NCBI GenBank assembly: GCA_963737115.1
Contig: CAVTRM010000010.1
Span: 84,939-148,938, forward strand
DNA length: 64,000 nucleotides
Direction of reading: 5' to 3'
From: an uncultured Actinomycetota bacterium
Lineage (GTDB): Bacteria; Actinomycetota; Thermoleophilia; Solirubrobacterales; Solirubrobacteraceae
Shown: positions 1 to 8,670 of the stretch, in pieces
Layout: every line of letters begins with the position of its first letter
How positions within the stretch are numbered: position 1 is the first letter of the stretch
Translations under genes and position numbers: made by a program
Notes under the pieces: model-generated
Databases searched by the model: none
The model's input: only the letters and a program-made list of their open reading frames with translations
What the model was told of the DNA's origin: nothing

Positions 1-128
1 TTGGGGAAGGCCAGGATACGTTCGAGGTTGATGGAGACCGCGACGAACAGCAGTCCTGTGAGCGCTGCAGCGGCTCCGACTTGGGCGGTCGCGAATCCGC
101 TCCAATCATCGAGTGTGTAGGCGTGCAC
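1..128 (-). CDS. Partial membrane protein (5' part; runs off window start)
   Basis: Manual translation from GTG at 128: MHAYTLDDWSGFATAQVGAAAALTGLLFVAVSINLERILAFP, a hydrophobic helix with a WxxF...AAAALTGLLFVAVSIN pattern typical of small actinobacterial membrane proteins. Not in the ORF track. Confidence 0.65.
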   Translation of the reverse strand, partial: MHAYTLDDWSGFATAQVGAAAALTGLLFVAVSINLERILAFP

Positions 129-414
129 CGAATCGCTCCCTGCTCGTGGCGTCTAAGTTCCTCGCGACTGGCCGAACGGCCGGCGCAGCGAAGTTGAGTC
201 TACGGATTCGGAAGCTGTCGCCCAGTGGGCTGCCGACAGCGGCCCCTGCCTCGGTTGCACGGCGGGAGAAACGGAGATGGAAATGGATCAAACGCATCCA
301 TCAGGCACTGCTGAGTAGCCCTGGGTTTGGTTCCGTTCGTTTGAGACGGCGAAGTTGTGCTTGCGATCGGGGATCTCGAGCGCTTCGCCGATGGCCAGGG
401 TCTACACTCTCCTT

Positions 415-510
415 TCACATTCGCGGGAGTCCCTAAACAACGGGACTGAGAGGGCGCACAACGCGCCGACCGCCATACCTGATCCGGGTCATGCCGGCGG
501 AGGAAGAAAG
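415..510 (+). promoter_or_regulatory. TPP (thiamine pyrophosphate, THI-box) riboswitch
   Basis: P2 GCGG(423-426)/CCGC(470-473); P3 AGTCCC/GGGACT; conserved CTGAGA at 446-451; ACCTGATCCGGGTCATGCCGGCGGAGG at 477-503 matches the P4/P5 consensus. The 3' end overlaps the RBS of ATG 514. Candidate -10 TACACT at 403-408. Confidence 0.92.
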
Positions 511-513
511 CAG

Positions 514-2436
514 ATGTCTCGCGAGCGGTTCGTCGCGTTATTGGGAGCATTGTCGTTGGCCCTGTTGGTCGCCGCCTGCGGCAGCGGTGGCGACGCGATT
601 CCGTCATCACAGCCGGTCGCCGGTAAGCCGCTGCAGGGCGGAACCGCGTACTTCGCCGAGCAGCCGCTGACGCCGCCGAACTACATCTTTCCGTTGATCT
701 CGGGCCAGTACTACTCGGTCGCCAATACCGCGAATTTCCAGACCCTGCTGTACCGGCCGTTGTACTGGTACGGAACCGACAACCGGCCCGGCGTCGACTA
801 CGCACTGAGCCTCGGAGACCGCCCGCAATACAGCGACCACAACCGTCAGGTGACGATCCGGCTGAAGCCTGCGCGGTGGTCCGATGGGGAGCTGGTCAGC
901 GCCCGTGACGTCGGCTTCTGGATCAACCTGCTGAAGGCCAATAAAGACGAGTGGGCCTCATACGTGCCGGGCGGGTTTCCCGACAACGTGCTCAGCTGGA
1001 GCGCACAGGGCCGGAGCACGATCACGCTGAAGCTGAGCCACTCCTACAACCCGTCCTGGTTCACCGGCAACGAGCTCTCCCAGATCACACCGCTGCCGTT
1101 GGCGTGGGACCGCACGAGCACGCGCTCACTAACCAAGTTCGAGCACTCGCTGGGCGCCGACGGTCTTCCGCCTAACCGCGCGGCAGCGCTTCCTGATAGC
1201 TCCGCCGGCGGGGCACAGAAGGTCTACCGCTTCCTGAACAAGCAGGCGCAGAACCTGTCCGGTTACGCGCAGAGTCCAATCTGGTCAGTGGTCGACGGCG
1301 CTTGGAAGCTCACGCAACTGACCGCCTCAGGGCAGGCGACGTTCGTTCCGAATCGCTCCTATAGCGGCCCCGACAGGCCCCGCCTGGCGCGCTTTGTCGA
1401 GCTGCCGTTCACAAGCGAAGCGGCGGAGTTCAACGTGCTGCAGGCCAGCAGCACGCATGGCGACACGGCCGCCGGCAGTGGCCACGGCTCGAACGCCGCA
1501 GCGGTCTCGGTCGGCTACGTCCCCGACGTCGACGTGCCCCAGGCACGGACGCTGGTAAGCCAGGGCTATCGCATGGTGCCGGACTACCAGTGGGGGTTCG
1601 ACTACTTCGAGCCGAACTTCAACAACCCGACCGTGGGGCCGATCCTGCGCCAGCTCTATTTTCGGCAGGCGCTGCAGCATCTGGTCGACCAGCGCGGCTG
1701 GATCCACGGGTACTACGGCGGTCTCGCGGTGCCGACCTACAGCCCGGTGCCGGCGCAGCCGGCCAATCGCTACGCAAACCCGCTGGCTCGCGTGAACCCC
1801 TACCGGTACTCGGTCGCGGCGGCGCGGAGCCTGTTGTCCGCGCATGGCTGGAAGGTGGTGCCGAACGGCGTCAGCGTCTGCTCCCGCCCCGGCAGCGGCG
1901 CCGGCGAGTGCGGCGCCGGTATCGCCAAAGGTAAACCGCTGAACTTCACGCTGATGTATCCCGCGGAGCTATCGTACTCGGCCGGGGCGATGCTGAACCT
2001 CAAGTCCGAGGCGGCTAGGGTCGGGATCCAGATCCGGCTGCAGGCCGCGACGATGGCGGCGGTTACGTCCGAGATCGAGCCGTGCTCGCCGCACCAGGCG
2101 GCCTGTTCGTGGGAGCTCGGACAGTACGGCGAGCCCTGGGTCTACTCCCCCGACCACTATCCCAGCGGCGAAGAGATCTTCCAGAGCGGCGCGCTCGGCA
2201 ACGTCGGCAGCTACTCGAACGCCGAGGCTGACCGGTTGATCAAGGCCACCACGATCGTGGGCGGCGCGCAGGCCCAGCGGGCGCTCGACGCATACGCCAA
2301 CTACATCCGCCGCCAGCTGCCCGACTTCTGGCAGCCCTCTCCCGGAACGCTGATCACGACCTCCGCGAATCTCGGCGGATTCAGGCCCAATGCCTACGGC
2401 TTCATCACTCCGCAGGACTGGTACTTCACGCGATGA
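514..2436 (+). CDS. ABC transporter substrate-binding lipoprotein, peptide/nickel family (SBP family 5)
   Basis: Lipobox LLVAA-C; WSDG(E)LVSARDV family-5 motif; RQALQHLVD. Start moved from 355 to ATG 514, downstream of the riboswitch/RBS. Confidence 0.9.
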   Translation: MSRERFVALLGALSLALLVAACGSGGDAIPSSQPVAGKPLQGGTAYFAEQPLTPPNYIFPLISGQYYSVANTANFQTLLYRPLYWYGTDNRPGVDYALSLGDRPQYSDHNRQVTIRLKPARWSDGELVSARDVGFWINLLKANKDEWASYVPGGFPDNVLSWSAQGRSTITLKLSHSYNPSWFTGNELSQITPLPLAWDRTSTRSLTKFEHSLGADGLPPNRAAALPDSSAGGAQKVYRFLNKQAQNLSGYAQSPIWSVVDGAWKLTQLTASGQATFVPNRSYSGPDRPRLARFVELPFTSEAAEFNVLQASSTHGDTAAGSGHGSNAAAVSVGYVPDVDVPQARTLVSQGYRMVPDYQWGFDYFEPNFNNPTVGPILRQLYFRQALQHLVDQRGWIHGYYGGLAVPTYSPVPAQPANRYANPLARVNPYRYSVAAARSLLSAHGWKVVPNGVSVCSRPGSGAGECGAGIAKGKPLNFTLMYPAELSYSAGAMLNLKSEAARVGIQIRLQAATMAAVTSEIEPCSPHQAACSWELGQYGEPWVYSPDHYPSGEEIFQSGALGNVGSYSNAEADRLIKATTIVGGAQAQRALDAYANYIRRQLPDFWQPSPGTLITTSANLGGFRPNAYGFITPQDWYFTR

Positions 2437-3380
2437 TCGCGTACGTGATCAGACGCATGGGACAGGCGCTGCTGGTGCTGCTGGGGGTGACTCTGGTGAT
2501 CTTCCTGCTCGCGAAGCTGATGCCCGGCTCCGAAGCGCGGGCGATCCTCGGACCGCGTGCCTCACCGGGCGAGATAGCAGCGTTCAACCGCGCCAACGGA
2601 CTCGATCATCCGCTCCCGGTCCAGTACGTCGACTTTCTGGGTCGGCTGCTGCACGGCAATCTCGGCTACTCCTACCGACTCAATCAGAGCGTCGACTCGC
2701 TGCTGCGCCAGCAGGCTGCGAACGATCTGATCCTGGTCGGGTTGGGGCTGGTGCTCGCGCTGCTGATCGCGGTACCACTGGGACTCTGGCAGGCGGTGCG
2801 CCGCGGGCACGCGAGCGACCACGTGATCTCGGCGGTCTCGTTCGCGGTCTACTCGATGCCCGCGTACTGGCTGGCGCTGCTGCTGATCGGCGGGCTCGCG
2901 GTCTCGGCCAAGATCTTCCCGCCGGAGGTCAGCCAATCAAGCTCGGCTGCCGGGATCCTCTCGGACCCGTGGAGCCTGGTGCTGCCGATACTGACACTGA
3001 CGCTGGTGAACGTCGCCTGGTTCGGGCGTTACATGCGCTCCGCTGCGCTCGACACGCTGGCCCAGGACTACGTGCGGCTGGCACGCGCCAAGGGGCTTCC
3101 GCAACGGCTGGTACTCGCGCGCCACGTCCTGCGCAACTCACTGCTGACGGTGGTGACGCTGGTGGGCATGTCACTGCCGGCGCTGCTCACCGCCGGACTC
3201 GTGATCGAATACGTGTTCAACGTCCCCGGCGTCGGCCTCAGCTACTACACCGCCGCGGTCAACTCCGACTACCCGGTTGAGCTCGGCGTAACCGTGGTGA
3301 TCGCGGTGATCACGGTGCTCGGTTCGCTGCTGGCCGACCTCGCCTACGCCGCGCTCGACCCACGGGTGCGGCTGCAATGA
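2433..3380 (+). CDS. ABC transporter permease (OppB/DppB-like)
   Basis: GLDHPLPVQY, GNLGYSY and EAA-like QDYVRLARAKGL...HVLRNSL motifs; ATGA overlap with the SBP gene. Confidence 0.92.
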   Translation: MIAYVIRRMGQALLVLLGVTLVIFLLAKLMPGSEARAILGPRASPGEIAAFNRANGLDHPLPVQYVDFLGRLLHGNLGYSYRLNQSVDSLLRQQAANDLILVGLGLVLALLIAVPLGLWQAVRRGHASDHVISAVSFAVYSMPAYWLALLLIGGLAVSAKIFPPEVSQSSSAAGILSDPWSLVLPILTLTLVNVAWFGRYMRSAALDTLAQDYVRLARAKGLPQRLVLARHVLRNSLLTVVTLVGMSLPALLTAGLVIEYVFNVPGVGLSYYTAAVNSDYPVELGVTVVIAVITVLGSLLADLAYAALDPRVRLQ

Positions 3381-4282
3381 CCTCACTGCGAGATCCAGCC
3401 GCCCGACCGCTGACACCCTCGGCCCCGCCCGCGAGCACGGCGCGCGACGCGAGCGGCACACTCACCGCCTTGCGCCGGCAGCGGGCAGCGATGGTCGGGC
3501 TCGGGCTATTGGTTTTGATCGTGCTGTTCTGCTTCGTCGGTCCGCTGCTGCGACCTACCGACCAAACGCACTCGACCGTGTTCACCAATCTCGCGCCGGG
3601 CAACGGACATCCACTTGGCACCGACGCAAACGGCTTCGACGTGCTGGGGCGGATGATGGTCGGCGGCCGCAGCACGCTTGAGATCGCGTTCGCCGCTGGC
3701 ATCTTCGCGACCGCGCTGGGAGCAGTGTGGGGTGCTTTGGCGGGGCTGCGGGGCGGCTGGATCGATGCGGTGATGATGCGGATTGTTGACGTGTTCTTGG
3801 CGCTTCCGGCACTGTTCGTACTGATCTACCTCGCGTCGGTGATCACGCCAACGGTGCCGCTGCTGATCCTGGTGATCGCACTGCTGTCCTGGCTCGGACC
3901 GGCGCGGCTGATCCGCGGTGAGACGCTCAGCATCCGGACCAGGGAGTTCGTCCAGGCCAGCCGCACGATGGGCGCTGGAACCCCGCGGATCGTGAGGGCG
4001 CACCTGCTGCCCAACGCACTCGGCACGATCGTCGTGAACGCGACCTTCCAGATCGCGGACGCGATCGTGCTGCTGGCGACACTCAGCTTCCTCGGCTTCG
4101 GGCTCCCCGCCCCGGCGGCGAGCTGGGGCGAGATGCTGTCACAGGGCACCACCTATCTGCCCGACGGGTTTTGGTGGGCGATCTACCCGGTCGGGGTGCT
4201 GATCATGGTCACCGTGATCTCGGTGAACCTCGTCGGCGAGGGGTTGCGGGTGGCGCTGGCCGCCGGAGAGCCGACCCGCTGA
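3377..4282 (+). CDS. ABC transporter permease (OppC/DppC-like)
   Basis: HPLGTDANGFDVLGR, REFVQASRTMGA...HLLPN, LSFLGFG...SWGEML; ATGA overlap. Confidence 0.92.
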   Translation: MTSLRDPAARPLTPSAPPASTARDASGTLTALRRQRAAMVGLGLLVLIVLFCFVGPLLRPTDQTHSTVFTNLAPGNGHPLGTDANGFDVLGRMMVGGRSTLEIAFAAGIFATALGAVWGALAGLRGGWIDAVMMRIVDVFLALPALFVLIYLASVITPTVPLLILVIALLSWLGPARLIRGETLSIRTREFVQASRTMGAGTPRIVRAHLLPNALGTIVVNATFQIADAIVLLATLSFLGFGLPAPAASWGEMLSQGTTYLPDGFWWAIYPVGVLIMVTVISVNLVGEGLRVALAAGEPTR

Positions 4283-4313
4283 ACGCTGAACCGCTAAACC
4301 GCTGACCAGCGGC

Positions 4314-4751
4314 TCAGCCGATCAGCTCTGCTTCGGGCAGATCATCCGGCATCGGGGTGTCCTGCGGCTTACCCACCGCCGGGCCCTCCCAGTCCGTGAA
4401 CACAACGCCGTCGCGCCCGGCGTGTTCGTGCGCGACCATCCCGCCGATCGCGATCAGCGACAGCGGATGGATGTGGTGGTTGACGAGCTGGCGACGCGAG
4501 TCGGGCGCGACCCGCGCGACCCCGCCCGGCTTCAGCTCATAGGTGACCCCGTCGACGATCAGCGTGAGCGTGCCCTCGAGCACGATGTAAACCTCTTCCT
4601 GGTGCTCGTGAGCGTGGATGCGCCCCCGCTGACCGGGCTGCAGCACCACGTGATTGAGACCGAACGAACCGACGCCAAGCTCTGCGCGCAGCCGCTGGAA
4701 GCGCTCGCCGTCCTCGACTCCGAGCTGGGTGGTGATCGTCTGCTCTGGCAT
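4314..4751 (-). CDS. Cupin domain protein
   Basis: HAHEHQEEVYIVLEG cupin metal-binding motif. Confidence 0.85.
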   Translation of the reverse strand: MPEQTITTQLGVEDGERFQRLRAELGVGSFGLNHVVLQPGQRGRIHAHEHQEEVYIVLEGTLTLIVDGVTYELKPGGVARVAPDSRRQLVNHHIHPLSLIAIGGMVAHEHAGRDGVVFTDWEGPAVGKPQDTPMPDDLPEAELIG

Positions 4752-4955
4752 CTCAAACTCCTGGATTGGGGATTACAGCCGCGTGCTGTCGGGCACCTGC
4801 ACTGAGCATGCCACCGCGTTCAAAGATCGGCTTCACGACGACTTCGTGAACGCGCTTGCCGCGCCGGCGCGCCCGGGATGGTGTCAGTAAGTCGTCGCTC
4901 AGACGAGTTACTGACACCACCGCCGCGACCGGTTGTTAGCCCGAACGAACCGAAC

Positions 4956-4983
4956 CGTCCCTGGCCCAAACTGGACCAGGGAC
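4956..4983 (-). terminator. Hairpin downstream of gltA (probable terminator)
   Basis: GTCCCTGG-CCC-AAACT-GGA-CCAGGGAC inverted repeat just past the gltA stop. Confidence 0.5.
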
Positions 4984-4995
4984 CGCAAACGACGC

Positions 4996-6324
4996 CTACT
5001 GGCGCTGCTCCATCGGTACGTAGTCGAGACCGCGATGCCCGGTGTAGATCTGGCGCGGACGCGCGATCTTCTGCTCGGGATCGTCGATCATCTCGAGCCA
5101 CTGGGCGATCCAGCCCGGGGTGCGACCGATGGCGAACAGCACCGGGAACATCTCGACCGGCAGCCCCAGCGCCTCGTAGATCAGGCCGGAGTAGAAGTCG
5201 ACGTTCGGGTAGAGCTTGCGCTGGACGAAGTACTCGTCCTCGAGCGCGATCTTCTCGAGCTCGGTGGCGATGTGCAGCAGCGGGTTCTTGCCCGTCACCT
5301 CGAACACGTCCTCGACCGCTTTCTTGATGATCTTCGCGCGCGGGTCGAAGTTCTTGTAGACGCGGTGACCGAACCCCATCAGACGCTCATTTCCGGCCTT
5401 CACGCCGGCGATGAAGTCAGGCACGTTCTCGACGCTGCCGATGCGACGCAGCATCCTCAGCACCGCCTCGTTGGCGCCGCCGTGCAGCGGTCCGTAGAGC
5501 GCGGCCACGCCCGCGGTGACCGCCGAGTAGGGATCGACCTGCGAAGAGCCGACCGAGCGCACAGCTGAGGTCGAGCAGTTCTGCTCATGGTCGGCGTGGA
5601 GGATGAAGAGCACGTCCAACGCCCGCTCAAGACGCGGGTCGGGCTGATACTTCAGCTCCGTCATCTTGTACATCATTCCCAGGAAATTGCCGGCGTAGGA
5701 CAGGTCGTTGTCCGGGTAGACGTACGGCATCCCGCGGTTGTGGCGGTAGGAGAATGCGGCCAGCGTCGGCATCTTCGCGATCAGCCGGATCAGCTGGATG
5801 TAACGGACGTGTTCATCCTTGATCTGGCTGGCTTCTGGATAGAACGTCGAGAGCGCTCCGACCGACGCGAGCAGCATCCCCATGGGGTGCGCGTCGTAAC
5901 GGAATCCGTGCATGAACTCCTTGATGTTCTCGTGCACGAAGGTGTGGTTGGTGATGTGGAAGACCCACTCCTCGAGCTGCGCGCGGTCGGGCAGGTCACC
6001 GTGCACCAGCAGGTAGGCGACCTCGAGGAAACTGGACTTCTCGGCCAGCTGCTCGATCGGGTAACCGCGATATTCGAGGATGCCCCTGTCACCGTCGATG
6101 TAGGTGATCGCCGAACGACACGAGGCCGTGTTCATGAACGCCGGGTCATAGGTCATGAGCCCGAAGTCGTCATCGCCGGTCTTGATCTTGCGCAGTTCGA
6201 GAGCGCGGATGGTGCCGTCCTCGATCGGCACCTCATAGACCTTGCCGGTGCGATTGTCGGTGATCGTGAGAGTCTCGGGCTTCCCTACGCCGGAGCCGTC
6301 AGCTCCTGCAGTCTCAGTCGTCAT
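4996..6324 (-). CDS. gltA: Citrate synthase
   Basis: LHADHEQNCST, GPLHGGANE, GFGHRVYKNFDPRA, YPNVDFYSG. Start set at MTTETAG (6324). Confidence 0.97.
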   Translation of the reverse strand: MTTETAGADGSGVGKPETLTITDNRTGKVYEVPIEDGTIRALELRKIKTGDDDFGLMTYDPAFMNTASCRSAITYIDGDRGILEYRGYPIEQLAEKSSFLEVAYLLVHGDLPDRAQLEEWVFHITNHTFVHENIKEFMHGFRYDAHPMGMLLASVGALSTFYPEASQIKDEHVRYIQLIRLIAKMPTLAAFSYRHNRGMPYVYPDNDLSYAGNFLGMMYKMTELKYQPDPRLERALDVLFILHADHEQNCSTSAVRSVGSSQVDPYSAVTAGVAALYGPLHGGANEAVLRMLRRIGSVENVPDFIAGVKAGNERLMGFGHRVYKNFDPRAKIIKKAVEDVFEVTGKNPLLHIATELEKIALEDEYFVQRKLYPNVDFYSGLIYEALGLPVEMFPVLFAIGRTPGWIAQWLEMIDDPEQKIARPRQIYTGHRGLDYVPMEQRQ

Positions 6325-6505
6325 CTTTTTCTCCCAAGCTTGTGCTGCTTTGCGTACTTTGCGCGTGGCGTGTTTGATCAGACTAACGCGAGCGGGTTTG
6401 ATTGGCGCCGCGCACTTCATAAGTCCTTCGACTTATGACCGTTTTCGACCGTTGCAGCCGCGCGGACTGCTGATTTTGGCCCGATCCGAGTCCCGCAGCG
6501 GCGCG

Positions 6506-7099
6506 CTAGTGCTGTCCGGGGCCGCCCTCATAGCGGCTTTCAGTCGCCGCCCGCTGGCCCTGATAGTGCGAGCCCAGGCCTGGTGAACCGTATGGCCGCA
6601 GCGCCGCACGATCGAGCGTCATGAAGCTGAGCTGGGCGATCGGCAGGCCCGGATAGAGCTTGATCGGGACGCGCGTGAGGTTGTTCAGCTCGAGCGTCAG
6701 CGTGCCCTTGAAGCCAGGGTCGCAGAAGCCGGCGGTGGCGTGCACGATCAGGCCGAGTCGGCCCAGCGAGGACTTCCCCTCGATCCGCGCCACCAGGTCG
6801 TCCGGCAGCTCGACGTACTCGAGCGTGCGCCCCAGGCAGAACTCGCCGGGGTGGATCACAAACGCGTCACCGTCCTCGATCACGACCTCCTCGGTGAGGT
6901 TCGCAGGCGGGTCGCGCAGGTCGATCGAGGTGACGCGATGGTTGTGGAAGACCCGGAACGAGTCACCGAGGCGTAGATCGATGCTGGCGGGCTGCACCAT
7001 CGCGTAGTCCCAGGGCTCGATCTTGATCGCGCCCGCGTCGACGAGCGCGGTGATGGTTCCGTCGGAAAGGACCGAAGCGGGCTTGAGGTCGTAGCTCAT
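6506..7099 (-). CDS. dcd: dCTP deaminase
   Basis: QPASIDLRLG, ARIEGKSSLGRLGL, AGFCDPGFKGTLTLEL, YQGQ. Confidence 0.95.
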   Translation of the reverse strand: MSYDLKPASVLSDGTITALVDAGAIKIEPWDYAMVQPASIDLRLGDSFRVFHNHRVTSIDLRDPPANLTEEVVIEDGDAFVIHPGEFCLGRTLEYVELPDDLVARIEGKSSLGRLGLIVHATAGFCDPGFKGTLTLELNNLTRVPIKLYPGLPIAQLSFMTLDRAALRPYGSPGLGSHYQGQRAATESRYEGGPGQH

Positions 7100-7115
7100 T
7101 TGGGATACCGCAGAT

Positions 7116-8054
7116 TCATCGTGCGCCGAGTGTGTCAGCCGCGGGAGTCAGGCGCGTGATCGCGACCAGCTCCGCGACCCGCTGATCGATCTCAGCACGG
7201 CTTAGGCGCGAAACCCGCTCGGTCCCGAACTCCTGCACGTTGTAGGACGCGACCGCGATTCCGTAGGCCATAGCTGTGCGCAGCACGTCCTGATCGAGCC
7301 CCTGATCGAGGTGCGCGGCGATGTAGCCGACGAAACCGCCGGCGAACGAGTCCCCGGCGCCGGTCGGATCAGCGACGTCCTCGAGCGGGAACGCCGGCAA
7401 CGCGAACAGGCCGTCGCCGGTGATCAGCGCTGCACCGTACTCCCCCTGCTTTGCCACCACCAGGCGCGGCCCCATCGCGAGCACCGCCCGCGCAGCGCGC
7501 AGCAGGCTGTGCTCGCCGGTCAGCTGCTTGAGCTCGGCGTCGTTGAGGATCAGGCAGTCGACCATGCCGATCACGGCCAGTAGCGAATCGCGCGCGATGT
7601 CAATCCAAAGGTTCATCGAGTCCAGCGCCACGAACCGCGCCCGGCGGCACTGCTCGCGCACCTCGCGCTGCAGGTCCGGCTGGATGTTGGCCAGGAACAG
7701 CACGTCGCAGTCGCGCGAGGCGGCTGAGAGCTTGGGTTTGAAGTCGGCGAACACGTTCAGCTGCGTCTCCAGCGTCTCCGCGCTGTTGAGGTTCTCGCCG
7801 TAGGCGCCGCGCCAGAAGAACGTGCGGCCGCCGTGCACATGTTCGATGTCTTCCGTGTCGATGCCGCGGTCTTTGAGGACCGCGGCTCCCGCCGGCCCGA
7901 AGTCATCACCGACGGGACCCACGACCCGCACACGGTCAAAGAACGACGCAGCCAGCGCAAAGTGCACGGCGGAGCCGCCCAGCATCCGCTCGCGCTCACC
8001 GAACGGGGTCTTGACTGAATCAAACGCGATTGATCCGACAACGGTTACAGACAT
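7116..8054 (-). CDS. PfkB family sugar/nucleoside kinase
   Basis: MSVTVVGSIAFD start, GGSAVHF, DPTGAGDSFAGG PfkB signature. Confidence 0.92.
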   Translation of the reverse strand: MSVTVVGSIAFDSVKTPFGERERMLGGSAVHFALAASFFDRVRVVGPVGDDFGPAGAAVLKDRGIDTEDIEHVHGGRTFFWRGAYGENLNSAETLETQLNVFADFKPKLSAASRDCDVLFLANIQPDLQREVREQCRRARFVALDSMNLWIDIARDSLLAVIGMVDCLILNDAELKQLTGEHSLLRAARAVLAMGPRLVVAKQGEYGAALITGDGLFALPAFPLEDVADPTGAGDSFAGGFVGYIAAHLDQGLDQDVLRTAMAYGIAVASYNVQEFGTERVSRLSRAEIDQRVAELVAITRLTPAADTLGAR

Positions 8055-8240
8055 TGGCCGCAGGCTAGTGGACAGGTCCGGAAATGTGCGGGTGGTTGGC
8101 GACGGCGGGTGTTGGCAAGCGGGCGGCGCCGGACCGGACCCGCGGTGTCGATGCGACATATCGGCGTTTGCGTTAGGCGAATCTGAACGATTTGCGCCAG
8201 GCAAACCAGTTCTTAACAGCGATCTACTACGCTCACGGCG

Positions 8241-8663
8241 ATGTCCTTCCGCAAGGTCGCAGTTATCTGTGCGCTCATGGCCGTACTCATCAGTGGCTGT
8301 GGAATCGCCGCCAAGCCGCAGGCCGGTAGCCCCCACCTGCTCACGTCTCCGTCGTTCTACGGCGTCTATGACAACCAGCGCGCGGCCCGCGAGGCGTGCC
8401 TCACCGCGCACCACATTCCGTTCGTCAGCTTCGAGACCAAGGACCGGGTTCACGGAACGCCGCAGTTGCTCCAGGCGATCAAGGTCGGACCGGGCGGTGC
8501 GTCGATCATCTTCTACCCCGACGCCGGCATCGCAGAGGGCCAGATCATCATGGGCAAGGGCCTCGGCGCGGAACTGATCGGTTCAGCCCTGCTGTATCCG
8601 AACAACACGACCGGTCTCACTCTGACCGAAGTCGAGAACTGCACAGCGATCGGAGTCGGCTGA
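8241..8663 (+). CDS. Hypothetical lipoprotein
   Basis: Lipobox LISG-C; first gene of a + strand run. Confidence 0.7.
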   Translation: MSFRKVAVICALMAVLISGCGIAAKPQAGSPHLLTSPSFYGVYDNQRAAREACLTAHHIPFVSFETKDRVHGTPQLLQAIKVGPGGASIIFYPDAGIAEGQIIMGKGLGAELIGSALLYPNNTTGLTLTEVENCTAIGVG

Positions 8664-8670
8664 CGCAGTT

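Noticed and set aside
341..361. TTGAGACGGCGAAGTTGTGCT resembles the 14946-14972 palindrome (shared GGCGAAGTTGT)
   Set aside because: The shared part is mostly the spacer and the dyad is not preserved; probably chance.
355..513. N-terminal extension of the SBP ORF in the track (start 355)
   Set aside because: It overlaps the TPP riboswitch; the lipoprotein signal begins at ATG 514.
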